From an uncultured Christensenellaceae bacterium (lineage in GTDB: Bacteria > Bacillota > Clostridia > Christensenellales > UBA3700): a stretch of DNA of 37,743 bases. Position 1 is the first letter of the stretch. Each line of letters opens with the position of its first letter. The position numbers and the translations under genes are program-made. Positions 26,010 through 34,760 of the stretch are shown here, piece by piece. The stretch spans positions 1 to 37,743 of the forward strand of contig CALWKV010000023.1 of assembly GCA_944381355.1 (NCBI GenBank), given 5' to 3'. The notes under the pieces are model-generated. The model worked only from the letters and a program-made list of their open reading frames with translations, ran no database searches and had not been told where the DNA came from.

Positions 26010-27069
26010 CAAGCTCGAGGCGATGAAAAAAAGGTTTGACGAACTGACGGTAATGATCTCCGATCCTGCCGTTATCTCTGATACCGCAACGTGGCAGAAG
26101 CTCGTCAAGGAGAGATCGCAGCTCGAAGAAACGGTTGCCCTTTATGCAGAATACCGTACGGTCGAGGATACTTTGGCTGAGTGCCGCGATATTATAGAGG
26201 ACGGCTCTGACAAAGAGATGGTCGCGCTTGCAAAAGACGAAATGTCGGAAGCAAACAAGAAAAAAGAAGAACTGACAGAGCAGCTCAAGATCGCGCTTTT
26301 GCCCAAGGATCCGGACGACGATAAAAACGTAATTATCGAAATACGCGCGGGCGCGGGCGGAGACGAAGCGGGACTTTTCGGAGCGGAACTCGTCAGAATG
26401 TACGAGCGTTTTGCAGAGCGTTGCCGCTGGAAAGTCAAAGAGATAGACTTCAGCGAGAGCGATCTCGGAGGCATAAAAGAAGCGGTGTTCATGATATCGG
26501 GACACGGCGCGTACAGCAGACTCAAGTTCGAGAGCGGCGTGCACCGCGTGCAGAGAGTGCCGGAGACGGAATCGCAGGGCAGGATACACACTTCAACCGT
26601 TACCGTAGCGGTACTTCCCGAAGCGGAGGACGTCGAAGTCGAGATCCTCGAAAATGATCTGAAGATAGACGCTTACCGTGCGGGCGGCGCGGGCGGACAA
26701 TACGTCAACAAGACGGAGTCTGCAATAAGGATAACCCATCTGCCTACGGGCATAGTCGTCACTTGTCAGGACGAAAAGTCGCAGGGCAAGAACAAAGAGA
26801 GCGCGATGAAAGTGCTCAAAACGCGCGTTTACGATTATTATCGTACCAAACAGCAGAAGGAGTACGCTTCCAATCGCAAACTGCTCGTCGGCACGGGAGA
26901 CAGATCGGAGCGCATACGCACTTACAACTTTCCGCAAGGCAGAGTCACCGACCACAGAATAGGGTTGACGCTTTATACGCTCGACGCATTCCTTGACGGA
27001 GACCTGTTCGAGATGCTGGACGCGCTTGCGATAGCGAGCAGAAACGAATTGCTTTCTTCGGGCGAATGA
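26002..27069 (+). CDS. prfA: Peptide chain release factor 1
   Basis: [12 protein letters not shown] (PxT), [28 protein letters not shown]; GTG start. Confidence 0.98.
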   Translation: MFDKLEAMKKRFDELTVMISDPAVISDTATWQKLVKERSQLEETVALYAEYRTVEDTLAECRDIIEDGSDKEMVALAKDEMSEANKKKEELTEQLKIALLPKDPDDDKNVIIEIRAGAGGDEAGLFGAELVRMYERFAERCRWKVKEIDFSESDLGGIKEAVFMISGHGAYSRLKFESGVHRVQRVPETESQGRIHTSTVTVAVLPEAEDVEVEILENDLKIDAYRAGGAGGQYVNKTESAIRITHLPTGIVVTCQDEKSQGKNKESAMKVLKTRVYDYYRTKQQKEYASNRKLLVGTGDRSERIRTYNFPQGRVTDHRIGLTLYTLDAFLDGDLFEMLDALAIASRNELLSSGE

Positions 27070-27128
27070 CCCGCTGAAACGTAAAACCGATAACAATTTC
27101 AGATCATACCTGATCAGAGGAGAAAGAG

Positions 27129-28520
27129 ATGATCAAATACAATAAAGACAAAAATCTGTTGATCGAGAGCAACTGGCGCCCCTTCCTTCAGGACGTGGAG
27201 CAGCCCAACCTTTTCCGCGATCTTTTCGACTACGACAGCGTGCCTAAAGTCGCGTTCAACTTCCGTCAGACCCCTATTGATATGCCTGAGGATATCTGGA
27301 TCACAGATACGACTTTCCGCGACGGTCAGCAGTCCACTTCGCCGTTTACGGTCGAGCAGATAGTCAATATCTACAAACTTCTGCACAAGCTCGGCGGCAA
27401 AAAAGGTCTCGTCAGACAGAGCGAGTTTTTCCTTTATTCCGAGAAGGACAGAGAGGCTGTCAGAAAGTGTATGGAGCTGGGATACGAATTTCCCGAAGTC
27501 ACCAGCTGGATACGCGCCAACGAAAAGGACTTCGAGCTTGTCAAACAGATGGGCATCAAGGAGACGGGTATTCTCGTAAGCTGCTCGGACTACCACATTT
27601 TCAAGAAGATGAACATGACGAGAAAGCAGGCGGCAGAAAAGTACCTCAACATCGTCAAAATGGCGCTCGACAAGGGTATCGTTCCGCGTTGCCATTTCGA
27701 GGATATCACGAGAGCGGACTTCTACGGTTTCGTCGCTCCGTTTGCTTATGAGCTGATGAAACTGCGCAAGGAGAGCGGCGTCGATATAAAGATCAGAGCG
27801 TGCGACACTCTCGGCTACGGTTTGTCTTATCCGGGCGTGACACTTCCGAGAAGCGTTCCCGGCATAATCAGCGGTCTCAAATATTATGCAGAAGTGCCCA
27901 GCGAACTGCTCGAGTGGCACGGTCACAACGACTTCTACAAGGTTGTCACCAACGCTACCACCGCATGGCTCTACGGCTGTTCTTCGGTCAACTGTTCGCT
28001 CCTCGGCATAGGCGAGAGAACGGGAAATTGCCCCCTCGAGGCGATGATGATAGAATACGCTTCGCTCAAGGGCAAGGACGACGGCATAGACTTCAAGGTC
28101 ATCACGGAGATAGCTAAATACTTCGAGGACGAACTCGGTTATATCATTCCGCCGCAGACTCCGTTTGTTGGAAAATCGTTCAATACAACGAGAGCGGGCG
28201 TCCATGCCGACGGACTTCTCAAGGACGAGGAGATATACAATATATTCAATACAGAGAAGCTCCTCGGCAAGCCTCCGCTCGTATCCGTCGACGCACACAG
28301 CGGTCTTGCGGGCATAGCATATTGGATGAACGGTTTCTATTCGCTTCCCGAGGGACACAAGGTCGACAAACACGACGAGATCGTGGTTAAGATCAAAGAA
28401 GTCATCGACAAACAGTACGAGGGCGGAAGAACTACGTATATGGGCGACGACGAGCTTGATGCGATCATCACCGCGCTCGCACCCGAACTGCATAAAAAAC
28501 TCGTGGTAAAAACCTACTGA
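27129..28520 (+). CDS. Re-citrate synthase (DRE-TIM, LeuA-like)
   Basis: ITDTTFRDGQQ, RQSEFFLY, FPEVTSWIRA, HGHND, GERTGN; pattern of clostridial Re-citrate synthase rather than true LeuA. Confidence 0.8.
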   Translation: MIKYNKDKNLLIESNWRPFLQDVEQPNLFRDLFDYDSVPKVAFNFRQTPIDMPEDIWITDTTFRDGQQSTSPFTVEQIVNIYKLLHKLGGKKGLVRQSEFFLYSEKDREAVRKCMELGYEFPEVTSWIRANEKDFELVKQMGIKETGILVSCSDYHIFKKMNMTRKQAAEKYLNIVKMALDKGIVPRCHFEDITRADFYGFVAPFAYELMKLRKESGVDIKIRACDTLGYGLSYPGVTLPRSVPGIISGLKYYAEVPSELLEWHGHNDFYKVVTNATTAWLYGCSSVNCSLLGIGERTGNCPLEAMMIEYASLKGKDDGIDFKVITEIAKYFEDELGYIIPPQTPFVGKSFNTTRAGVHADGLLKDEEIYNIFNTEKLLGKPPLVSVDAHSGLAGIAYWMNGFYSLPEGHKVDKHDEIVVKIKEVIDKQYEGGRTTYMGDDELDAIITALAPELHKKLVVKTY

Positions 28521-28553
28521 ACGGGCGTTCGGGTATAATTTTCGTAAAAGCTA

Positions 28554-28582
28554 TTGAAATCCGCTTTTGTTTAGTCTAAAAT
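28554..28582 (+). promoter_or_regulatory. sigmaA promoter
   Basis: TTGAAA-N17-TAAAAT upstream of the P-loop gene and thrC. Confidence 0.6.
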
Positions 28583-28611
28583 AGAAGTATAAACAAAACG
28601 GAGGGCAAAAC

Positions 28612-29025
28612 ATGGTAAATCTGATTTGCGGAAGCAAAGGCTCGGGAAAGACCAGCCGCATCATCGACAAGGCTAACGCCGACGTAAAAACAGCCAAGGG
28701 AGATTGCATTTTCGTCAACGACACGGACAGATATATGTACGACGTTGACCGCAATATCAAACTGATCGACGTTACCGAATACCCCGTTGCGGGCGAGGAA
28801 GCGCTTCTCGCGTTTGTGTGCGGACTTGCGGCGAGCAGAAGCGATCTGACCAATCTCTACATAGACGGCGCTTCGAGGATCGCCGGATGCGGACCCGACA
28901 AGATGAAAAAGTTCTACGACGAGTTGGGCAAGCTCGCAGACAAACTCTCATTGTCCGTGACGGTCACGGTCAGCGCTACCGCAGAAGAATTGCCTGATTT
29001 CTTATTGAAATACAAGATCATCTGA
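28612..29025 (+). CDS. Small conserved P-loop protein of unknown function
   Basis: N-terminal GSKGSGKT Walker A and later YIDG; GGAGG RBS. Confidence 0.8.
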   Translation: MVNLICGSKGSGKTSRIIDKANADVKTAKGDCIFVNDTDRYMYDVDRNIKLIDVTEYPVAGEEALLAFVCGLAASRSDLTNLYIDGASRIAGCGPDKMKKFYDELGKLADKLSLSVTVTVSATAEELPDFLLKYKII

Positions 29026-29034
29026 GGAGATAAA

Positions 29035-30531
29035 ATGAACTATATCAGCACTCGCGACAAAAGCGAGAAATGCAGCGGTGCAGAGGCCATCGTAAGAGGT
29101 CTCGCGCCGGATGGCGGACTATACGTCCCCGAGAGCCTTCCGAGGCTCGCTAAATAAGATTTTGAAAACCTTGCGAAAGAGGACTATCCTGCCCGTGCGG
29201 CTCGCGTCCTCTCGCTTTTGCTCAGCGACTACACGTACGAGGAGCTTCTTGACTATACGACCAAGGCGTATTCGCGTTTTTACGGCGACGATCCTTGTCC
29301 GCTCGTCAACGTCGACGAAGGCGTTTATGTGCTCGAACTGTGGCACGGCCCGACCTGCGCATTCAAAGACATGGCTTTGACCATGTTGCCGCATCTGCTG
29401 TCCGCCGCGAGGAAAAAGGTCGGTGAAAAGAACAAGACCCTGATCATGGTCGCGACTTCGGGCGATACCGGCAAGGCTGCGCTCGAGGGCTTCAAGGACG
29501 TCGAGGGCACCAATATCATAGTGTTCTATCCTTCCAAGGGCGTTTCGGATATGCAGAAATTGCAGATGAAGACCCAGACGGGAAGCAACGTCTGCGTATG
29601 CGCCATCGAAGGCAACTTCGACGATACGCAGAACGCGGTCAAGAATATCTTCGCAGACGAGAAGATCAACGAGGAAATACACTCTCTGGGATTCAATCTC
29701 TCGTCCGCCAACAGCATCAACTGGGGCAGACTCGCGCCGCAGATTGCCTACTATGTGTCGGCATACTGCGACCTTATAGAGTCGGGCAAGATAAAGTACG
29801 GCGACAAAGTCAACTTCTGTGTGCCTAGCGGCAACTTCGGCAATATACTCGCAGCGTACTACGCGATGCAGATGGGCGTGGGCATCAACAGACTGATCTG
29901 CGCGTCCAACGTCAATCACGTGCTGACAGACTTTTTCAAGACGGGCACATACGATATCAACAGAGAATTCCACAAGACGATCTCTCCGTCGATGGACATT
30001 CTTATTTCGTCCAATCTCGAAAGACTTCTGTTCGAGGTAAGCGGCAGAGACGACAAGCTGACCGCGGAGAGAATGAAAACGCTCAAGACTGCGGGCAAAT
30101 ACTCCGTCGGCGATAAAGAGCTGAATACGTTGCAGTCGCTGTTCTCCGTGGGCTACGCTGACGACGCGGCGACAAAGGAGACGATCGCGTTTGCGATGGA
30201 CGAGTTCGGTTATCTTATGGATACGCACACCGCAGTCGCATACGACGTGTATCTCGATTACGCGGAGAGCACCGGCGACGAGACTCCGACTGTCGTAGTC
30301 TCCACCGCCAATGCGTACAAGTTCCCCGCAGACGTCTACGAGGCTGTCAGCGGAGAGAGAGTGGACGACGCGTTCCTCGCCACCGAAAAACTCAACGCGG
30401 AGACGGGAGAGGAGATACCCGAGCCGCTCGACGGACTTAAGGACAGACCCGTGCGCTTCGAGGAAGTCATCGATCGTGCGGATATAGCGAAAAAAGTCGT
30501 TGAGTATTGCAGACAGGCGGCAAAAGAATGA
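29035..30531 (+). pseudogene. thrC: Threonine synthase with in-frame TAA at codon 41
   Basis: GAGGAG RBS and ATG 29035 give MNYISTR...GLAPDGGLYVP...LAK*DFENL, continuing in the same frame to ELWHGPTCAFKD (PLP Lys), ATSGDTG, SANSINWGRL and PSGNFGN. Stop at 29155-29157; could be a sequencing error. Confidence 0.85.
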
Positions 30532-30550
30532 CGCAAATAACGAAAAAATT

Positions 30551-30575
30551 TCCGACCGAAAGGTCGGATTTTTTT
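30551..30575 (+). terminator. Intrinsic terminator of thrC
   Basis: TCCGACC-GAAA-GGTCGGA plus 7 T. Confidence 0.85.
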
Positions 30576-30788
30576 ACCGCGATTTCAGCCCGCGACGACC
30601 TTAACTTGTTGCGTATCGTCTCGTCGGTGAGCTTTCGCCGTGTTGCGGGAGCGGACTACGGCGACAAAAAAAGGTCGTGCTTTGACGGCGGTCGGAGCGT
30701 TTACGGACTTGAGAATACGCGAGGCGCTTCGTCCCGAGCGTCCTTCCGCCGACGCGGATTCAAGAATGCGGCTTTGATAGGGTATATA

Positions 30789-30820
30789 AAAAACACGACC
30801 CGTGAAAGGGTCGCGTTTTT
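30789..30820 (-). terminator. Intrinsic terminator of the fprA operon
   Basis: Minus strand AAAAACGCGACCC-TTTCAC-GGGTCGTGTTTTT. Confidence 0.8.
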
Positions 30821-30857
30821 ATATTGTGGTGAATAAAAGAGTAAGTCGAAAGATCTT

Positions 30858-32060
30858 TTATTTTACTGCGCTTGCAAGCTGTCTGCCGTATTCTTTCGCG
30901 CACTCGAGATCTGCGTCGGTGGGTACGAAGCAGACTTTGAGTCCTTCGCCGACGACGGCAGTTTTAAGTGAGTTGAGTCTTGCGATGAGGTTTGGCACCG
31001 CCTCGCCGCTCCAGCCGTAAGAGCCGAATACCGCGACGGGCTTTTTGCGGCAGTTGATCGCGTCTGCACCCGTGAGCAGATCCCATATCGGCGGCACAGC
31101 GTCTGCGTTGAGAGTGGGAGAGCCGATCGCGCAGGCGTCGGACTTGTTGAACTTTTCACGCAGGTCCGCCATATCGTTTTTGATAATGTCGTAGGTCTCG
31201 CACGCCGCGTCGGGAATGACTTCCTGTACGCCCGCCTTTATCGCTTCGGCAAGTTTTGCGGTGCAGCCGTATGCCGAACAATAGAACACGGGGATAGTTT
31301 TGACCGCGTTTTTGACGACCTTGCTCCATTCGCGGTACTTTTCGAGCACGTAGGGGAGCTGTCCGTCCTTGGTCAGCACGGGACCGTGGCTGGGGCAAAC
31401 CGTCTCGAACGGGAATTTCGCTATCTTGCCCATACCTGCGACGACAAAGGGTTTGAAAGGTCCGAAAATCGCGTCGTAATAACCCTTGAAAGCCCTTCTG
31501 TAACCCTCGACGTCCTCGATATCCTTATCAATGATTTTCTTGCTGCTGTAATGAGATCCGAACACGTCGCAGCTGAACAAAACCTTTTCCTCCGGGCAGT
31601 AGGTGAACATACTGTCAGGCCAATGCAGGAGAGGAGAGGGCGCGAACGTCAGCGTCACGCCGCCGAGGTCGAGCACTTCGCCGTCCTTGACGGGTCTGGA
31701 ATTGAAGGGCGCGTTGACGATATTTTTCAGATAATTGAGTGCGACTGCCGTTGCAAGCACTGTGGCGTCGGGGCACAGTCTGAGTATGTCGGCGAGAGCG
31801 CCGCTGTGATCAGGCTCTGTATGGTTAAGGATTATATATTTGATATCCTTGGGGTCTGCGACTTCGCGGATATTTTTTTCGTATTCGCCTCCGAAGTCCG
31901 CGTGCGACGCTTCTACGAGCGCGACTGCGTCGCTGCCCTTGACGATATAAGAATTGTAGCTTGTGCCGAACTCCGTAGCCATTACGATGTCGAACACGCG
32001 CAGGTCGGGATTCTGAACTCCCACGCTGTAAATTTTGTCGGTGATCTTGTCTGCCGCCAT
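30858..32060 (-). CDS. fprA: Flavodiiron protein (FprA, A-type flavoprotein; O2/NO reductase)
   Basis: GTSYNSY, NHTEPDHSG, HWPDSM, SCD.FGSH and PSHGP diiron ligands; C-terminal flavodoxin domain (SAYGCT, GSPT, FGSYGWSGE). Confidence 0.95.
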   Translation of the reverse strand: MAADKITDKIYSVGVQNPDLRVFDIVMATEFGTSYNSYIVKGSDAVALVEASHADFGGEYEKNIREVADPKDIKYIILNHTEPDHSGALADILRLCPDATVLATAVALNYLKNIVNAPFNSRPVKDGEVLDLGGVTLTFAPSPLLHWPDSMFTYCPEEKVLFSCDVFGSHYSSKKIIDKDIEDVEGYRRAFKGYYDAIFGPFKPFVVAGMGKIAKFPFETVCPSHGPVLTKDGQLPYVLEKYREWSKVVKNAVKTIPVFYCSAYGCTAKLAEAIKAGVQEVIPDAACETYDIIKNDMADLREKFNKSDACAIGSPTLNADAVPPIWDLLTGADAINCRKKPVAVFGSYGWSGEAVPNLIARLNSLKTAVVGEGLKVCFVPTDADLECAKEYGRQLASAVK

Positions 32061-32081
32061 AGTATTTCTCCTCTTATGAAC

Positions 32082-32351
32082 TTAATTTATTCCGTGTTTA
32101 ACGCGGTCTCTTTCTTCTGCGCGCTTCGCGTTGTTGAAGCGGTCGAGAGTGCCGACGAGATAACCCGTGATGCGGCGTATTCTCTCAAACGGGACCGTGC
32201 CGAAAGTGTACTTCAGATCCACGTAGTCGCCGTCGACGTTTACGTCCATTGCGACGATGTTCTTGTCGGGGTATTTCTTCTTGCCGTAGTCGATATAAGC
32301 GTCGATTTCTTTCTGATCGATGTTGCCGCCGTTTACGTTAACTTTTACCAT
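32082..32351 (-). CDS. Stand-alone class III RNR (NrdD) glycyl-radical-domain protein, 89 aa
   Basis: C-terminal FERIRRITGYLVGTLDRFNNAKRAEERDRVKH is the NrdD glycyl-radical tail. Strong AAGGGAGG RBS and own ATG; no upstream nrdD remnant. Confidence 0.88.
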   Translation of the reverse strand: MVKVNVNGGNIDQKEIDAYIDYGKKKYPDKNIVAMDVNVDGDYVDLKYTFGTVPFERIRRITGYLVGTLDRFNNAKRAEERDRVKHGIN

Positions 32352-32405
32352 TGTTGTATCCTCCCTTAAATAGTGTTTAAAATCGCTTTACTTTTAACCG
32401 TTATT

Positions 32406-32450
32406 ACTATAACATATTTACGACAAATAATTATGTTGCATTTGCAACAT
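32406..32450 (-). promoter_or_regulatory. Crp/Fnr-type operator and extended -10 promoter of the mini-NrdD/fprA operon
   Basis: Palindrome ATGTTGCA-TT-TGCAACAT (32433-32450); minus-strand TGnTATAGT (32414-32406); palindrome centre at about -42. Confidence 0.75.
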
Positions 32451-32463
32451 TTTGAGGAAAAAT

Positions 32464-33114
32464 ATGGAATATAGAGAAATTAATTTGTTTGAAGGCATCT
32501 CCGAGGCGGACCTTGCGAGAATGATAACCTGCTTCGGTGCGAAGATAAAGCGTCTCAGAGAGGGAGAGGTGGTCTGCGATTACTCGGATACGGGCGACGA
32601 CGTGGGCGTCATGCTAGAGGGGAGTGCGTCGATGATACGCACGGACGAGAACGGTGAAGTGGCGGTAATGGAGCTGTTTTCGGATGGAGATATATTCGGA
32701 GAGGTGCTTGCGTTTTCCAATGCGGCGGGAGACAGCGTAAAAGTCGTAGCGGAAAGCGATTGCAAGGTTATGTTCATCAAATACGGGCAGATAACCAAGA
32801 GATGCGAAAACGCCTGCGAACATCACAGCAGACTGGTCTCCAATATGTTCGGACTCATTGCCAGAAAGACGCTTTCGCTGAGTCAGAGGATAGAGATACT
32901 TTCCAAAAAGACGACAAGGGAAAAGCTGATGTATTATTTCAATATTCTTGCAAAGAAGCATGGCAGAGAATTCGATCTGCCTATGTCGGTAACGCGCCTT
33001 GCGGAATATATATGCGCGGACAGGAGCGCGATGACGAGAGAACTTTCGCGTATGCAGGCGGACGGACTTGTCGAGATAAACAAAAAGAGAATAAAGCTGA
33101 AAAAAACCTTCTGA
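32464..33114 (+). CDS. Crp/Fnr family transcriptional regulator
   Basis: cNMP-binding-fold GDIFGE; C-terminal HTH LAEYICADRSAMTREL; CENACEHH Cys/His patch; divergent from the fprA operon. Confidence 0.93.
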   Translation: MEYREINLFEGISEADLARMITCFGAKIKRLREGEVVCDYSDTGDDVGVMLEGSASMIRTDENGEVAVMELFSDGDIFGEVLAFSNAAGDSVKVVAESDCKVMFIKYGQITKRCENACEHHSRLVSNMFGLIARKTLSLSQRIEILSKKTTREKLMYYFNILAKKHGREFDLPMSVTRLAEYICADRSAMTRELSRMQADGLVEINKKRIKLKKTF

Positions 33115-33134
33115 CTACATCGTCGCAATATGCA

Positions 33135-33168
33135 AAAAACCCTTTCCCGTGTTCAGGAAAGGGTTTTT
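33135..33168. terminator. Bidirectional terminator
   Basis: AAAAACCCTTTCC-8 nt-GGAAAGGGTTTTT. Confidence 0.85.
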
Positions 33169-33188
33169 CTATGCGGCATGTCCGACCG

Positions 33189-34526
33189 TCAGATCGCCGT
33201 GAAATGTGCCGATTCCGCAGTTATGGTCACAGCTACGGGCTGTCCGTCTCTGAGCACGTTGACCGTGACGGAGTCTCCTGCTTTGACGCCCATCAGAGTC
33301 TCCTGCGCCTTGTAGAACGCGTCTATCTTCACGGCTTCGCCGCCGTTGACGGATATGGATACGAGCACGTCTCCTTCGATGAGTTTGCCGTAAGCCGCCG
33401 TGCCTTCTCCGACTGAATATATCTTGTACGTGTAAGCGGTGCGTATCACGCCGTTTTCGTCAACGTACGTGCTGATGTCGACCACGTCTTCGGCATTGTT
33501 GGGGTATGTGTTTGCAGCGGCGGGACGGCTTATGCCGAGGACAAAACGCTGCCCGCCGTTTTCAATGATGTTGTCGGCTACCGCAACCGCAAGGGAAGCC
33601 GGAATCGCGTAACATACGTTGTCGTCGGTCGTGTCGGAGGATTTTGCGTCCGAAATCCCCATAAGCTCGCCGTATTCGTTGAACATACCGCCTCCGGAGT
33701 TTCCGCTGTTGAGCGCCGCATCGGTGCGGTAAACTCTTACGCTGGAAGAATATTTGGTCGCGATATATTCCGTTTCGACCGAAACTATGCCTGACGTTAC
33801 CGAGAACGTGTAGAGAGAGGGCGTTCCGATTGCAAAAGTTGCCTGACCGACCGTAGGAGTCGACGTGTTTACTTTAACCGCGGCGACCGTGTCCGTGAGG
33901 AACATGTCCGATTGGGCTTCTATGACCGCGATGTCGTTGCTCCGCGAAGCGCCGACTACGGTAGCGGTTATCAGATCCTCCTCTTGTACCTGATTGTAAA
34001 GATAAACTTTTATGTCGTTGCTGTAGCCGCCCGTCGAGCTGTCGAAAATAACGTGATAGTTGGTAATGATATATGCCTTGTTTTCGCTGAGCTTGTATAT
34101 TACGCCCGAGCCGGACGACGTTGAACGCGCATTTGTACAGATTATTCCGACAGAGCTTTTGAGAGCCTGCTGAACCGTGGACGTTATGCTGGGGGTGACG
34201 TCAAGTCCGAGAGACGCATAGAAATCTTCGATTGTCGATCTCGGATTGTTTTCAAGATAATAGTTTACAAGTTCATCGAGGGTAAAAGCGTCTTTTCCGT
34301 CAGTACCGTTGACACCGTCGGTACCGTCTTTTCCGTCAGTGCCGTCTGTGCCTTTCAGACTTTCGAGCCATTCGGCTTCAGTTCCTTCAAATCCGTTCTT
34401 TACTGCGATGTCGTATGCCGAGTCACCTTTGGTCTCCGTCGATAAGCACGACGCCGTCAAGGTCGCCACGAGCGCCGTTATCGCAATTATTATTACGATG
34501 CCGATCAGAGTTTTGCGTGTTTTCAT
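33189..34526 (-). CDS. HtrA/DegP-like trypsin-family serine protease with PDZ domain, probable lipoprotein, short collagen-like repeat
   Basis: Catalytic triad TNYHV / DIAV / NSGNSGG; C-terminal PDZ (GDV...ING...GDSVTV.V.R.G); LTASC lipobox-like site; GTDGTDGKDGTDGVNGTDGKD repeat. Confidence 0.9.
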   Translation of the reverse strand: MKTRKTLIGIVIIIAITALVATLTASCLSTETKGDSAYDIAVKNGFEGTEAEWLESLKGTDGTDGKDGTDGVNGTDGKDAFTLDELVNYYLENNPRSTIEDFYASLGLDVTPSITSTVQQALKSSVGIICTNARSTSSGSGVIYKLSENKAYIITNYHVIFDSSTGGYSNDIKVYLYNQVQEEDLITATVVGASRSNDIAVIEAQSDMFLTDTVAAVKVNTSTPTVGQATFAIGTPSLYTFSVTSGIVSVETEYIATKYSSSVRVYRTDAALNSGNSGGGMFNEYGELMGISDAKSSDTTDDNVCYAIPASLAVAVADNIIENGGQRFVLGISRPAAANTYPNNAEDVVDISTYVDENGVIRTAYTYKIYSVGEGTAAYGKLIEGDVLVSISVNGGEAVKIDAFYKAQETLMGVKAGDSVTVNVLRDGQPVAVTITAESAHFTAI

Positions 34527-34679
34527 AATATGCCTCCCTGAAATTCAAAAAAAAGTATATTCCTAGTCTATGAAATAAATCTTAAAATCAACGATAATTT
34601 TACCACGAAATTCGTTTGACGCGCAAGAAAAGTTGAGGCAAATAAAAATAAAAAATTATAATATAAGGTTGTAAAACGC

Positions 34680-34709
34680 TTGACACGGCGTTGCACTAAA
34701 GGTTATAAT
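34680..34709 (+). promoter_or_regulatory. sigmaA promoter of rtcB
   Basis: TTGACA-N18-TATAAT. Confidence 0.7.
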
Positions 34710-34760
34710 AGCGTTTACAAAGTCACGGAACAAAAATGCGACATAGCTGAAGGAGGCTTT

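Noticed and set aside
27129-28520. Annotation as leuA (2-isopropylmalate synthase)
   Set aside because: Has DGQQ and RQSEFFLY motifs, lacks an evident LeuA regulatory domain and has no leu operon context; fits Re-citrate synthase better.
29155-29157. Stop-codon reassignment or Sec/Pyl recoding in thrC
   Set aside because: The codon is TAA, which terminates other genes here; no other gene in the window shows internal stops.
32082-32351. Pseudogene remnant of nrdD
   Set aside because: It has its own strong RBS, start codon, promoter and operator, and a non-NrdD N-terminus; no upstream nrdD debris. Not fully excluded without comparative data.
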